A stretch of 32,000 nucleotides of DNA from Methanosphaera stadtmanae DSM 3091 (GCF_000012545.1 NC_007681.1:480001-512000); one strand, 5' to 3'; counted from the stretch's first letter, positions 1 through 8,814 are shown. Notes: a model not told the origin generated them from the letters alone. Translations and numbers: made by a program.

Positions 1-1
1 T

Positions 2-133
2 GCCGTTGATGATATTGTTAAATATCATGATGATTATTATGAATTTCTATTTGGTGAAAGTTTTGGTAACAAAATTAAAGAAGATGTTGAACCATATCTC
101 AATGGTTCTAAACACATATGGGGATGGACATAA
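2..133 (+). CDS. 3' end of an upstream gene that runs off the window (unknown product)
   Basis: Frame 2 is open from the window edge to TAA at 131-133. It reads AVDDIVKYHDDYYEFLFGESFGNKIKEDVEPYLNGSKHIWGWT, which has ordinary protein-like composition, unlike the tracked 6..221 ORF in another frame. Confidence 0.35.
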   Translation, partial: AVDDIVKYHDDYYEFLFGESFGNKIKEDVEPYLNGSKHIWGWT

Positions 134-795
134 TGGACATAATTTCAGGTTTATTTTTCATGATTATGGTAGTTTTTCTTCCAATTGTGATTTTAAGCCT
201 TCCTTTTATTTTGTTAGATAAACTTCTTTTATCTGATTTTTTTTATAATAAAACAGGAATTAAAACCTATGTCATGTGGTATGGTAAAAAAAGATATCTT
301 GATAAATATGCTCTTTTCATAACTTTAGGTCTTATTAGTACAATTATAGGTGGTATGGGTTATTATGTATATTATTTAACAGGACTATTTGCTTACTTTA
401 AGATTGCAGCACTCTATGATATATGTTTAATTTATATTGGTATTTTAATTTATCTTCGTAAAAAATTCTTCTTTTATATAGATGAGGAGAAAAAAGAGGA
501 AGATAGGGTATATCCCATACCATATATTATAATTAGTATGATATGTGATGTTACAATAAATGTTGGTATCATGATTATATATGTATTATATCGTATAACA
601 CATGGTGGTATTTTAATATTTGTTATGATAATACTTGTTGTACTACTACATTTAACTGTATTTCCAGATTATATCAATAAAGTACTTCCAATAGAGATTA
701 GAACATCAGAGGGATTATCTTTATTCCTATTTTTATGCTTTTTTTTATGGGCTATAATAATGAGGGTTATATTAATAATAGGATTGGCTTTGTAG
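118..795 (+). CDS. integral membrane protein, unknown function
   Basis: 225-aa ORF with several long hydrophobic segments (ISGLFFMIMVVFLPIVILSLPFILL, GILIFVMIILVVLLHLTVF, LSLFLFLCFFLWAIIMRVILIIGLAL) separated by charged loops. There are in-frame alternative ATGs at 124 and 133. No family recognised. Confidence 0.55.
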   Translation: MGMDIMDIISGLFFMIMVVFLPIVILSLPFILLDKLLLSDFFYNKTGIKTYVMWYGKKRYLDKYALFITLGLISTIIGGMGYYVYYLTGLFAYFKIAALYDICLIYIGILIYLRKKFFFYIDEEKKEEDRVYPIPYIIISMICDVTINVGIMIIYVLYRITHGGILIFVMIILVVLLHLTVFPDYINKVLPIEIRTSEGLSLFLFLCFFLWAIIMRVILIIGLAL

Positions 796-1476
796 AAAAG
801 TTATATCCACACTATATTTTTTTTTAAATTTTAATAATGTAAAATCAGATTTTACACTTGAAATGGAATATAATTGAAAATTGGAATGTTAATAAAGTTT
901 AAATTAGTGATATGTGATATAATAAATATTAATGTTAGAAAGTAGAAGGGATATTATTACGAAACTTAAAAACAGATATTCTATAAATACTTATTTCTCT
1001 TCTAGACAACTTAAACTTTTGATTTTGTGTTGAAAAGATCTAAAAATAATTACTTATTATATTCAATTAAAGTATATTACTAAACTTAGATGGTGGATGA
1101 TACATTAAAACAAACATGGGAAATTATAGATAACAAATATATTTTTTTTTATGAATATAGGTCAGAAAGAGAATGTTAGCAAATAGTGGGATGTTCTCAC
1201 AAAATTATTCAAATTTAATACAAATTTCAAGAACATGGAATTAATAAAGACATATGGGCAGACCCCTTTATTATATCAACAGTTATGGTAGACAATGCCA
1301 CAATTGTTATAACTTAAAATAAAATAAATAATACAAGAAATAAGTTTTAACACGTATATAAAGAAGTATATGTACTTTTTATTGATTTTAATGAGTTTAT
1401 CACGTGTTGGATAGGAAAATATATAATTAAAATTAAAAATAAGATAAAATAATGTATTAAAAGGGGATTAATAATA

Positions 1477-1576
1477 ATTTGTATACTATTAAGTCTATTT
1501 TAAAAATATTTATACTTTAAATCAAGTTTTCATACTATTGTTTTCACACTATTTATTTTTCTAGTCTATTTTAAAC
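1477..1576 (-). ncRNA. crRNA-like mini-gene built from degenerate CRISPR repeats (candidate CreR/CreA-like RNA)
   Basis: The minus strand reads GTTTAAAATAGACT-agaaaaata-AATAGTGTGAAAAC / AATAGTATGAAAAC / TTGATTTAAAGTATAAATAT / TTTTAAAATAGACTTAATAGTAT-acaaat. Against the array repeat this is a disrupted repeat, an exact copy of the 3' 14 nt of the repeat, a 20-nt pseudo-spacer, and a repeat matching 22/23 over its 5' part. No expression data are available. Confidence 0.45.
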
Positions 1577-1602
1577 TCTTATTTATTCTTTTATTTTTCA
1601 TA

Positions 1603-1612
1603 TTATATTAAA
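1603..1612 (-). promoter_or_regulatory. candidate TATA box for the minus-strand repeat-like RNA
   Basis: The minus strand reads TTTAATATAA, about 27 bp upstream of the first pseudo-repeat (which starts at 1576 on the minus strand). The background is AT-rich, so specificity is low. Confidence 0.25.
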
Positions 1613-1624
1613 TTTAAATTTATT

Positions 1625-1647
1625 AATCTTATTCTTTAAATCAATAA
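1625..1647 (-). promoter_or_regulatory. candidate Cascade target site for the pseudo-spacer (protospacer-like 1644->1625 plus 5'-TTA flank)
   Basis: The minus strand reads TTA|TTGATTTAAAGAATAAGATT, against the pseudo-spacer TTGATTTAAAGTATAAATAT. The first 11 nt are identical and 16/20 match overall. The site sits between the two divergent TATA-like boxes. Confidence 0.35.
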
Positions 1648-1656
1648 AAAATAATA

Positions 1657-1664
1657 TTTATATA
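1657..1664 (+). promoter_or_regulatory. candidate TATA box of the cas operon promoter
   Basis: TTTATATA preceded by an A-rich BRE-like stretch (aaaaaataata), about 66 bp upstream of the cas6 ATG. The Shine-Dalgarno AGGAGG lies at 1719-1724. Confidence 0.4.
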
Positions 1665-1729
1665 GTATAGAAAATAAATTATAATAATAAGAAAAAATTA
1701 AAATTTTTAATTTTAATTAGGAGGTTAAT

Positions 1730-2437
1730 ATGAGACTAATAATTAAATTCAATCCATTATCTGATTGTAAATACGATGCAATTGGTAAATATGATATACA
1801 AGGTTTTATATATTCATTGTTAAAAGATACTGAATTTAAAAACTATCATGATATAAAAGGCTTTAAATTCTTTACATTTTCCAATATATTTCCAGTATGT
1901 GACTTTAAACAAGATAATTTAAAAACAATAATTATATCATCTCCAAGTAGTGCGTTTATTAAAGTACTATATTATCAATTATCAAACTTAGAAATATTTA
2001 GATTAAATAAATATTATATGGAAAAATATAAAGTTAAACTTATCAAGAATAATAAATGTTCTAATTCAATAATCACTGGAACACCTATTGTATTGTTTGA
2101 AAATAATTATGAAAATAGATATTATTCTTTTAATCAAAAATTAGATTTTAATTTTTTCTTTAATAGACTTAAAGAAAACGCTTTAAAAAAATACACTGCA
2201 TATACACAAGATGAAATAAACTTAGAATCAGATCTTTTTGATTCTTTTGAATTTAATCGAGAGGTATCTATGCGAATAATTATGAAAAACCAAACTTTTA
2301 TTATAATAGGTAGCTTATGGAAAGTTTTAGAAAAAAATATTGCTCGAGAAGATAGAAAATTTTATAATTTTTTATTTGATTGTGGTTTAGGCGAAAAAAA
2401 TAGTTTAGGAATGGGTTTCATTAATAATAGGAGGTGA
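1730..2437 (+). CDS. cas6: CRISPR-associated endoribonuclease Cas6
   Basis: 235 aa, first gene of the cas operon, with a strong SD. It has the C-terminal glycine-rich loop GLGEKNSLGMGF typical of Cas6. Confidence 0.9.
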   Translation: MRLIIKFNPLSDCKYDAIGKYDIQGFIYSLLKDTEFKNYHDIKGFKFFTFSNIFPVCDFKQDNLKTIIISSPSSAFIKVLYYQLSNLEIFRLNKYYMEKYKVKLIKNNKCSNSIITGTPIVLFENNYENRYYSFNQKLDFNFFFNRLKENALKKYTAYTQDEINLESDLFDSFEFNREVSMRIIMKNQTFIIIGSLWKVLEKNIAREDRKFYNFLFDCGLGEKNSLGMGFINNRR

Positions 2438-2444
2438 AAACGAT

Positions 2445-4262
2445 ATGTTAAATGGTATGTATGAATTAGGTAAATTCTGGATTCATGAAGAAAATATGGA
2501 AAAGATAGAAATTGTCTTGGATGCTAATAAACTCAATAATACTAAAAAAGTATTATTTGTTGATACAATAATTGATGGCAATAATATTAATTACCTTAAA
2601 ATTACAGAAGAAGAGTTTACTCTTCAAAAAAACATTAATTACATGTATAAAAAAGGATCTTCAAATGGTACAAATCTTTCACCATCCTCATTAATCACAG
2701 AACCAGAAAAAACATTTAATAAAAAATTTTTCAAATGGTTTAAGGATAATGCTAAAAAAGATGAATTTATTAACAATATCTTTCTCATGTTAGATGAAAA
2801 TAAAGAGAAAATCATGGAAGAAATAATTAATGTCTATGATAAAATAGACTCTGAAAATAATCGTAATGTTTTATTAACTATTAGATTTTCATTAAATGAA
2901 AATTTCAAGTATTTAAATGATTATGAAATTTTTAAAGAAATTCTATTAAATAAAGCTAATGAGAAATATTATAAATTAGGTTCTAAAAAAAGTAAAGGCA
3001 CATCGAAATGTTACCTTTGTGATAAAACTACAGAAGTATATGGTTTAGTTCCAAGTTCAATTGGTTTAACCTTTGCAACTGGAGATAAATCAGGTAATGT
3101 ACCAGATTTCAGCGTTTCAAATCAATGGAAACAATCTAGTATATGTCCTAGTTGTGCATTATATTTAGAGGCTGGAAAAAAATTTGTTGAAAAATATCTT
3201 AGCTTTTCTGAGTATGGTTTACGTTATTATGTAATTCCCATGGTATTTTTTAACAAAGAAAAAGTTTTAGAAGAAATATATGATGATTTATTAGATATTG
3301 AGGAACATAGAAAATATTCAGATGTTGTTAGTAAGGAAGAAGAATTTGCAGAAATAATTGAAAACTTAAATGATATTTTGGAGTTTAAGTTTTTATATTA
3401 TGAAGCAAGTAATAATTCATTTAATATCTCAGGATATGTAGAAAGTGTTCTTCCATCCTGGTTACATAAGATTTACAAAGAACAACACAATACACAAAAC
3501 TTACCAATATTTAATGAAGAACATATGAATTTAATATTTGGTGATAAAAATGTTGGAAATTTTATAACTAGAATTACTAATCAAAATAAAAAATATTCAT
3601 TAAATCAATATAACTGGTATTTAGGCTTATTAAGAGATTTCTTCTCATTTAAAAATAATAATAAATATTATATAGAGCTAGTAAATTCAATCATGAATCA
3701 AACACCAATTGATTATGAATTCCTATTAAAACAAATCATGAATGAAATTAGAAGTAATTGGCGTGATTATGATAATAAGGGAGGAATTATGCGATTTAAT
3801 GTATTTAAAGCTTTACATTTAATCATATTCTTAGATTCCTTGAACTTATTTAATGGAGGTAAAAAAATGCCTTTTGAAAATATGAATGAAACTGAAATAT
3901 TAAATATGTTAGAAAGTCCTGATAAGAAAGCATGTTTCTTATTAGGTGTATTGACAAAAAAAGTTACACAAATTCAATATTCAAAATTAGAGTCAACACC
4001 ATTTATTAATAAATTATGGGGTTTGAATATTGATAAAGATAAATTAAAACAAATATATACAATGGCTATTAATAAATTAACAGAATATAATCCTAGCAAT
4101 AACTATTTTTATAAAGAAATAGAAGAGGAAATTACACTTAATTTAATAAAAGCAGAAAATAATTGGAAATTAAAAAAAGATGAAGTAAGTTATTACTTTG
4201 TGTTAGGCTTTACAATTGGAGATACATTTGAATTAAAAGATGAGGCTGATAAAAATGAATAG
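2445..4262 (+). CDS. cas8b: type I-B Cascade large subunit Cas8b (TM1802/Csh1-like)
   Basis: 605 aa, positioned between cas6 and cas7. It has two cysteine pairs (CYLCDK ... CPSCALY) as in the TM1802-family large subunits. SD GGAGGTG lies upstream. Confidence 0.8.
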   Translation: MLNGMYELGKFWIHEENMEKIEIVLDANKLNNTKKVLFVDTIIDGNNINYLKITEEEFTLQKNINYMYKKGSSNGTNLSPSSLITEPEKTFNKKFFKWFKDNAKKDEFINNIFLMLDENKEKIMEEIINVYDKIDSENNRNVLLTIRFSLNENFKYLNDYEIFKEILLNKANEKYYKLGSKKSKGTSKCYLCDKTTEVYGLVPSSIGLTFATGDKSGNVPDFSVSNQWKQSSICPSCALYLEAGKKFVEKYLSFSEYGLRYYVIPMVFFNKEKVLEEIYDDLLDIEEHRKYSDVVSKEEEFAEIIENLNDILEFKFLYYEASNNSFNISGYVESVLPSWLHKIYKEQHNTQNLPIFNEEHMNLIFGDKNVGNFITRITNQNKKYSLNQYNWYLGLLRDFFSFKNNNKYYIELVNSIMNQTPIDYEFLLKQIMNEIRSNWRDYDNKGGIMRFNVFKALHLIIFLDSLNLFNGGKKMPFENMNETEILNMLESPDKKACFLLGVLTKKVTQIQYSKLESTPFINKLWGLNIDKDKLKQIYTMAINKLTEYNPSNNYFYKEIEEEITLNLIKAENNWKLKKDEVSYYFVLGFTIGDTFELKDEADKNE

Positions 4263-5214
4263 ATCAGAATTATTATTTTTATATGATATAAGTGATGCAA
4301 ATCCTAATGGAGATCCATTGGATGAAAATAAACCACGTATAGATGAAGAAACTGAAATTAACATAGTTACTGATGTTCGTTTAAAAAGAACAATAAGAGA
4401 TTACTTAGAAGAATTTGCAAATGAAGAACTATTTGTAAAAGAAAAAGCTGGAAAAGAGGGTGGACTTCAGGATGCTAAAACAAGAGCAGAAGATTATTTA
4501 CCTGAAGGAAATTACGAGTCATTTGATGAAGCTAAAAATGCTTTAAAAAATAATATTTTAGAAAAATGTATTGATGCACGTTTGTTTGGAGGTACAATTC
4601 CTCTTGAACTTAAATTAAAGAAAAAACAAACAGGATCCATTACTCTTACAGGTCCGGTTCAGTTTAGAATGGGTCGCTCACTACACAAAGTAGATATGCA
4701 ATATATAAAAGGAACTGGTGCTTTTGCTTCTAAAGATGGTAAAAGTCAAAAAACCTTCCGTGAAGAATACATATTGCCTTATTCTCTTATAGCATTCTAT
4801 GGAGTAATAAATGAAAATGCTGCAAAATCAACTAATTTGAGAGAAGATGATATTAATAAATTATTGGATGGAATATGGAATGGTACTAAAAACTTAATTA
4901 CAAGATCTAAATTTGGTCAAACTCCAAGATTATTGTTACAAATAGAATATTCTGAAAATAACTTCTTTATAGGTGATTTAAACAATAAAATATCAATAAA
5001 ACATGACTTTGAAAATGATAAAGAAATTAGAAATATTAATGAAATTAACTTAGTATACAGTCAATTACTTAATAGTTTATCTAAAAACACAGAAAAAATA
5101 AATAAAATCTATTATAAAGTGGATGATAACTTAAATTCAATTAATGAAGAAAGTAATTCTATTATTGAAGCTATAAACTCTTTAGGAATTGATACTGAAG
5201 AAATTCAATTATAG
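4255..5214 (+). CDS. cas7: type I-B Cascade backbone subunit Cas7 (Csh2-like)
   Basis: The N-terminus NRSELLFLYDISDANPNGDPLDENKPRID carries the Cas7 I-B/I-C signature (anPNGDP). The tracked ORF starts at 4240. The ATG at 4255 is preferred because GAGG lies about 10 nt upstream and it gives the typical ATGAATAG overlap with the cas8b stop. Confidence 0.9.
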   Translation: MNRSELLFLYDISDANPNGDPLDENKPRIDEETEINIVTDVRLKRTIRDYLEEFANEELFVKEKAGKEGGLQDAKTRAEDYLPEGNYESFDEAKNALKNNILEKCIDARLFGGTIPLELKLKKKQTGSITLTGPVQFRMGRSLHKVDMQYIKGTGAFASKDGKSQKTFREEYILPYSLIAFYGVINENAAKSTNLREDDINKLLDGIWNGTKNLITRSKFGQTPRLLLQIEYSENNFFIGDLNNKISIKHDFENDKEIRNINEINLVYSQLLNSLSKNTEKINKIYYKVDDNLNSINEESNSIIEAINSLGIDTEEIQL

Positions 5215-5225
5215 AAGGTGTTATT

Positions 5226-5933
5226 ATGAATCTAATAGTGTTTGACATTTGGGGGGATTATGCCTATTTCAGAAGAGGATATACAACAACTTCAACATTA
5301 ACATATCCATTTCCTAGTCGAACGACTATCGCAGGTTTTATTGCTGGTATACTTGGTTATCCAAGAAATTCCTATTATGATTTATTTCAGAAAGAAAATA
5401 GTAAAATAGGTTTAAAAATCATTAATCCTATTAAAAAAACCAGAATTAATTTAAATTATATTAATACTAAAAATAGCATGCTTTTATCTGAAATAAAAGG
5501 TAATGGAAAAAGAACACAAGTCCCAGCAGAATTTCTTAAAAATGTAAAATATAGAATATATCTATCTTTAGATGATGAAGAAATAATGAATAAATTATAT
5601 AATACATTAAAAGAACATAAAAGTGTTTATACACCTTATTTAGGTATAACTGAATGTTTAGCTAATTTTAGTCTTGTTGGTAAAGGTATATATTCGACTG
5701 AAAGTATTAAAGGTAATAATGTTGATATTAATTCTGTTGTATTAAAAGAAAGTGGTAATATTAAAATAGAACCTAAAAAACGTTATGGTGTTATAAAATC
5801 ACCAGGTTTTATGGAGGATGATCGTAGTGTTACTTCATTTTTAGAGTATTATTATGAATCAATGGGCAATACTATTAAACTTGAATCCTGTGAATATTAT
5901 AAAGTTGGAGAAGACAATGTTATCTTATACTGA
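5226..5933 (+). CDS. cas5: Cascade subunit Cas5 (I-B)
   Basis: 235 aa. The N-terminus FDIWGDYAYFRRGYTTTSTLTYPFPSRTTIAGFIAGILG is the classic Cas5 motif. Confidence 0.9.
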   Translation: MNLIVFDIWGDYAYFRRGYTTTSTLTYPFPSRTTIAGFIAGILGYPRNSYYDLFQKENSKIGLKIINPIKKTRINLNYINTKNSMLLSEIKGNGKRTQVPAEFLKNVKYRIYLSLDDEEIMNKLYNTLKEHKSVYTPYLGITECLANFSLVGKGIYSTESIKGNNVDINSVVLKESGNIKIEPKKRYGVIKSPGFMEDDRSVTSFLEYYYESMGNTIKLESCEYYKVGEDNVILY

Positions 5934-8304
5934 TAAAATTAATGAACTTTATTCACACCCTCAAAAGCCTTTAACAGAACATTTGTTAAATGTAGCAGAA
6001 AATTCAAGAAGTATCTTTGAAAATCTTAACATAGAAAATAATTCTTTCTATGCCTCCCTTTCTTTTTTAATTGGATTATGTCATGATTTTGCTAAATGCA
6101 CCAGTTTTTTTCAAAAACATCTATTTGGAATAGAAAATAGTGAAAAGGCATATCATAGCTTTTTATCTGCAATTTTTGGGTATTATGTGATAAAAAAGTA
6201 CATAAAAGAAAATGAAATTAAAGAAGAACTAAATTATCCTATCATAGGTTACATTTGTATAATCAATCATCATGGAAATTTAAAAGATGTTTATAATACA
6301 GAAAAATCAGAATTTAATAAAATAAATCAAATTCCACAATATCTTGATGAACAAATTAAGGATATTAAATCAAGAAACATATCTAGTCTTAAAGAATTTT
6401 ATTTAAAATACAACATTTCCATCGATGATTTTTTAGAAGAATATGAAGAAATTAAATCAGTTATTAAAAAAGATTTAAAAATAATATATCGAGAAAAAAG
6501 AATTGATAATTACTTCAATGTATTAATACTATTTTCAGTATTATTAGATAGTGATAAGTTAGATGCTTCTTACACTGAGACATATCCTAGACAAGAACTT
6601 AATGCTAATTTAGTTGACTTATATAAACAAGAAAAATTTGGTCAATATGAAGGTATTAATGAAATTCGAGAAGAAGCTTATCAAGAATTAACAAGTTCTC
6701 TTGAAAATATTGATTTAAACAATAAAATCTATTCAATTACGTTACCTACTGGTTCTGGTAAAACAATGAGTGCATTTTCTTTTGCATTAAAATTACGAAG
6801 AAAAATAAAAAACGAAAAAAATATTATACCTCGAATAATATATACCATGCCTTTTTTAAGTATTGTTGATCAAAATGAAGAAGTATTAAGAAAAATATTA
6901 AATTATTCCAATTATGATACTTCTGATATTTTAATTAAACATAATTCCACATCTGAATTATCTTATGTGGTAAATAAAAATGGAACTACGAAAATACAAG
7001 ATGATCCTACTGAAAAAGCTGAATTAGATGTAGATAAAGCTGAAATGCTACTTGAAGGATGGTATTCAGAAATAGTTATAACTACGTTTTATCAATTAGC
7101 ATATACTCTCATATCAAATAAAAATAAAGCATTAAGAAAATTTCATAATATAAGTAATTCTATCATAATAGTAGATGAAGCACAATCTATTCCAGCAAAA
7201 TATAATCAAATATTCAAAACAGCATTAGATTATTTGTCTAAAAAATTTAATGTATGGATTATATTCATGACTGCTACTCAACCAGAAATTTTCAAAGAAA
7301 GTGATGGAATATTACCTTTAATTACTAATGAACAGAAATACTTTGACTGTTTTGATAGAGTTAACTATGTATTTCATCATACACCAATGACAATTGATGA
7401 TTTTAAAGAAAAAATAGTTGATATAATTCAAGAAAATAATAAAGATATTATGATAGTATTAAATACTATATCATCATCAACAGAGATATTTGAGTATATA
7501 CAAGGGTATTTTGATGAAGAAGGTATAGAATTATACTATTTATCTGGAAATATAATTCCAAAAGAGAAACTAGAACGAATTAAAAAAATTAAAGAATCTA
7601 ATAATAGAAAAGTCATCGTTACAACACAATTAATTGAAGCAGGAGTAAATATTGATGTAGATATAATCTACAGAGATTTTGCTGTGATGGATAGTATTAT
7701 TCAAACTGCAGGTAGATGTAATAGGAATGATAAAAAAGAAAAAGGAACAGTAAATATAATACATTTAATTAATGAAAATAAAAGAGAATATAGTAGTTTT
7801 ATTTATGACTCAACACTTCTTAGGCTTACTGAAGAATTAACAAAAGATTATACAGAAATTTCAGAAAAAGATTTCAATTTAAAAATATCAAAAAAATATT
7901 ATACAGAAGTAAATAATCGTATAAGTCATGATGCATCACATAATTTAGAAAAAATAATATCAACACTTAAAATATCAAATATAACACATGAATTTAAATT
8001 AATTGAAGATGATATTGAAAAAATAGATGTTTTTATTGAAATAAATGATGAAGCAACTGAAATATGGGATAAATATAATGAAATATATTCAGATAAAAAT
8101 TTAAAAAATTATGAAAAAAAATTAAAACTTAAAAAAATAAATAGACAATTTAACAATTATGTTCTTTCTATACCCACAAATCTCATAGGAACAGTTAATT
8201 ATGATAAATTCATATTTCATGTAGGAAAAAATGATATTGAACGAAAATATAATCTAAATACGGGTTTTATAGCACAAGAAAACGAAAATGCATATATGAT
8301 ATAA
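5917..8304 (+). CDS. cas3: Cas3 helicase-nuclease (N-terminal HD domain fused to SF2 helicase)
   Basis: HD motifs (LCHDFAKC, INHHGNL, LLDSDKLDAS). Helicase motifs LPTGSGKT, VDEAQ, MTAT, TQLIEAGVNIDVD, QTAGRCNR. The tracked ORF starts at 5854. The ATG at 5917 is preferred (GGAG at 5907-5910) and overlaps the cas5 end. Confidence 0.92.
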   Translation: MLSYTDKINELYSHPQKPLTEHLLNVAENSRSIFENLNIENNSFYASLSFLIGLCHDFAKCTSFFQKHLFGIENSEKAYHSFLSAIFGYYVIKKYIKENEIKEELNYPIIGYICIINHHGNLKDVYNTEKSEFNKINQIPQYLDEQIKDIKSRNISSLKEFYLKYNISIDDFLEEYEEIKSVIKKDLKIIYREKRIDNYFNVLILFSVLLDSDKLDASYTETYPRQELNANLVDLYKQEKFGQYEGINEIREEAYQELTSSLENIDLNNKIYSITLPTGSGKTMSAFSFALKLRRKIKNEKNIIPRIIYTMPFLSIVDQNEEVLRKILNYSNYDTSDILIKHNSTSELSYVVNKNGTTKIQDDPTEKAELDVDKAEMLLEGWYSEIVITTFYQLAYTLISNKNKALRKFHNISNSIIIVDEAQSIPAKYNQIFKTALDYLSKKFNVWIIFMTATQPEIFKESDGILPLITNEQKYFDCFDRVNYVFHHTPMTIDDFKEKIVDIIQENNKDIMIVLNTISSSTEIFEYIQGYFDEEGIELYYLSGNIIPKEKLERIKKIKESNNRKVIVTTQLIEAGVNIDVDIIYRDFAVMDSIIQTAGRCNRNDKKEKGTVNIIHLINENKREYSSFIYDSTLLRLTEELTKDYTEISEKDFNLKISKKYYTEVNNRISHDASHNLEKIISTLKISNITHEFKLIEDDIEKIDVFIEINDEATEIWDKYNEIYSDKNLKNYEKKLKLKKINRQFNNYVLSIPTNLIGTVNYDKFIFHVGKNDIERKYNLNTGFIAQENENAYMI

Positions 8305-8313
8305 AGGATAAAT

Positions 8314-8814
8314 ATGATGAAAGATTCACAGATAACTGGAGTAATGATTCAGTATTATAAAATATGTAAAAGAGAACTATGGTTTTATATGAATCAAATA
8401 AATATGAACTATGATAATAATGATATTGAAATTGGAAGATTAATACATGAAAATAGTTACAAAAGAGAAAAAAAGGAAATTCGTGTAGATAACTTAGTAT
8501 TTGATTTTATACAAACAAAAGATAAGCTAACAGTATTTGAAGTAAAAAAATCAAGTAAAATTACAATCGGGGCATTATATCAATTATACTACTATTTATA
8601 CACATTAAAAAACGCAGATATAGAAGCAAAAGGAATGTTAGTATTTCCAAAAGAAAAGAAAAGAGAATCCATAGAACTAACAGAAGATATAATTAAAGAA
8701 ATTGATGATATAATTAAAGAAATTAAGAAAATATCAAATGAAACAAAACCACCTCATGAAAAACAAAAACCCTACTGTCAAGGATGTTCTTTCAGAGAAC
8801 TTTGCTTAATATAG
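8314..8814 (+). CDS. cas4: Cas4 RecB-like exonuclease
   Basis: 166 aa with an N-terminal Cys (YYKICKRELW) plus a C-terminal CQGCSFRELC cluster (4Fe-4S ligands). Located between cas3 and cas1. Confidence 0.88.
   Translation: MMKDSQITGVMIQYYKICKRELWFYMNQINMNYDNNDIEIGRLIHENSYKREKKEIRVDNLVFDFIQTKDKLTVFEVKKSSKITIGALYQLYYYLYTLKNADIEAKGMLVFPKEKKRESIELTEDIIKEIDDIIKEIKKISNETKPPHEKQKPYCQGCSFRELCLI

Noticed and set aside
6-221. 71-aa ORF at the window start
   Set aside because: It has low-complexity hydrophobic or odd composition. It overlaps both a better frame-2 gene tail (2-133) and the membrane-protein ORF (118-795).
795-810. GAAAAGTTATATCCAC matching GAAAAATTATATCCAC at 15038-15053 (the 3' end of the transposase remnant)
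   Set aside because: A 15/16 match of a mostly A/T 16-mer is expected by chance many times in a 32-kb window of this composition, and the homology does not extend into the proposed IS end. It is noted only because of its proximity to the 851 motif.
897-925. GTTTAAATTAGTGATATGTGATATAATAA as a possible plus-strand degenerate CRISPR repeat
   Set aside because: Only the first 11 nt resemble the repeat (10/11), and the overall match is about 17/29 in AT-rich DNA. The GTTTAAATTA part is better explained as part of the motif shared with 14336-14344.
1730-1741. cas6 begins ATG AGA, reminiscent of the rare-Arg-codon mini-ORFs of CreT toxins
   Set aside because: AGA is expected to be a common Arg codon in such AT-rich genomes, and the ORF is a full-length cas6. 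No toxin-like mini-ORF with a strong SD was found near the repeat relics.
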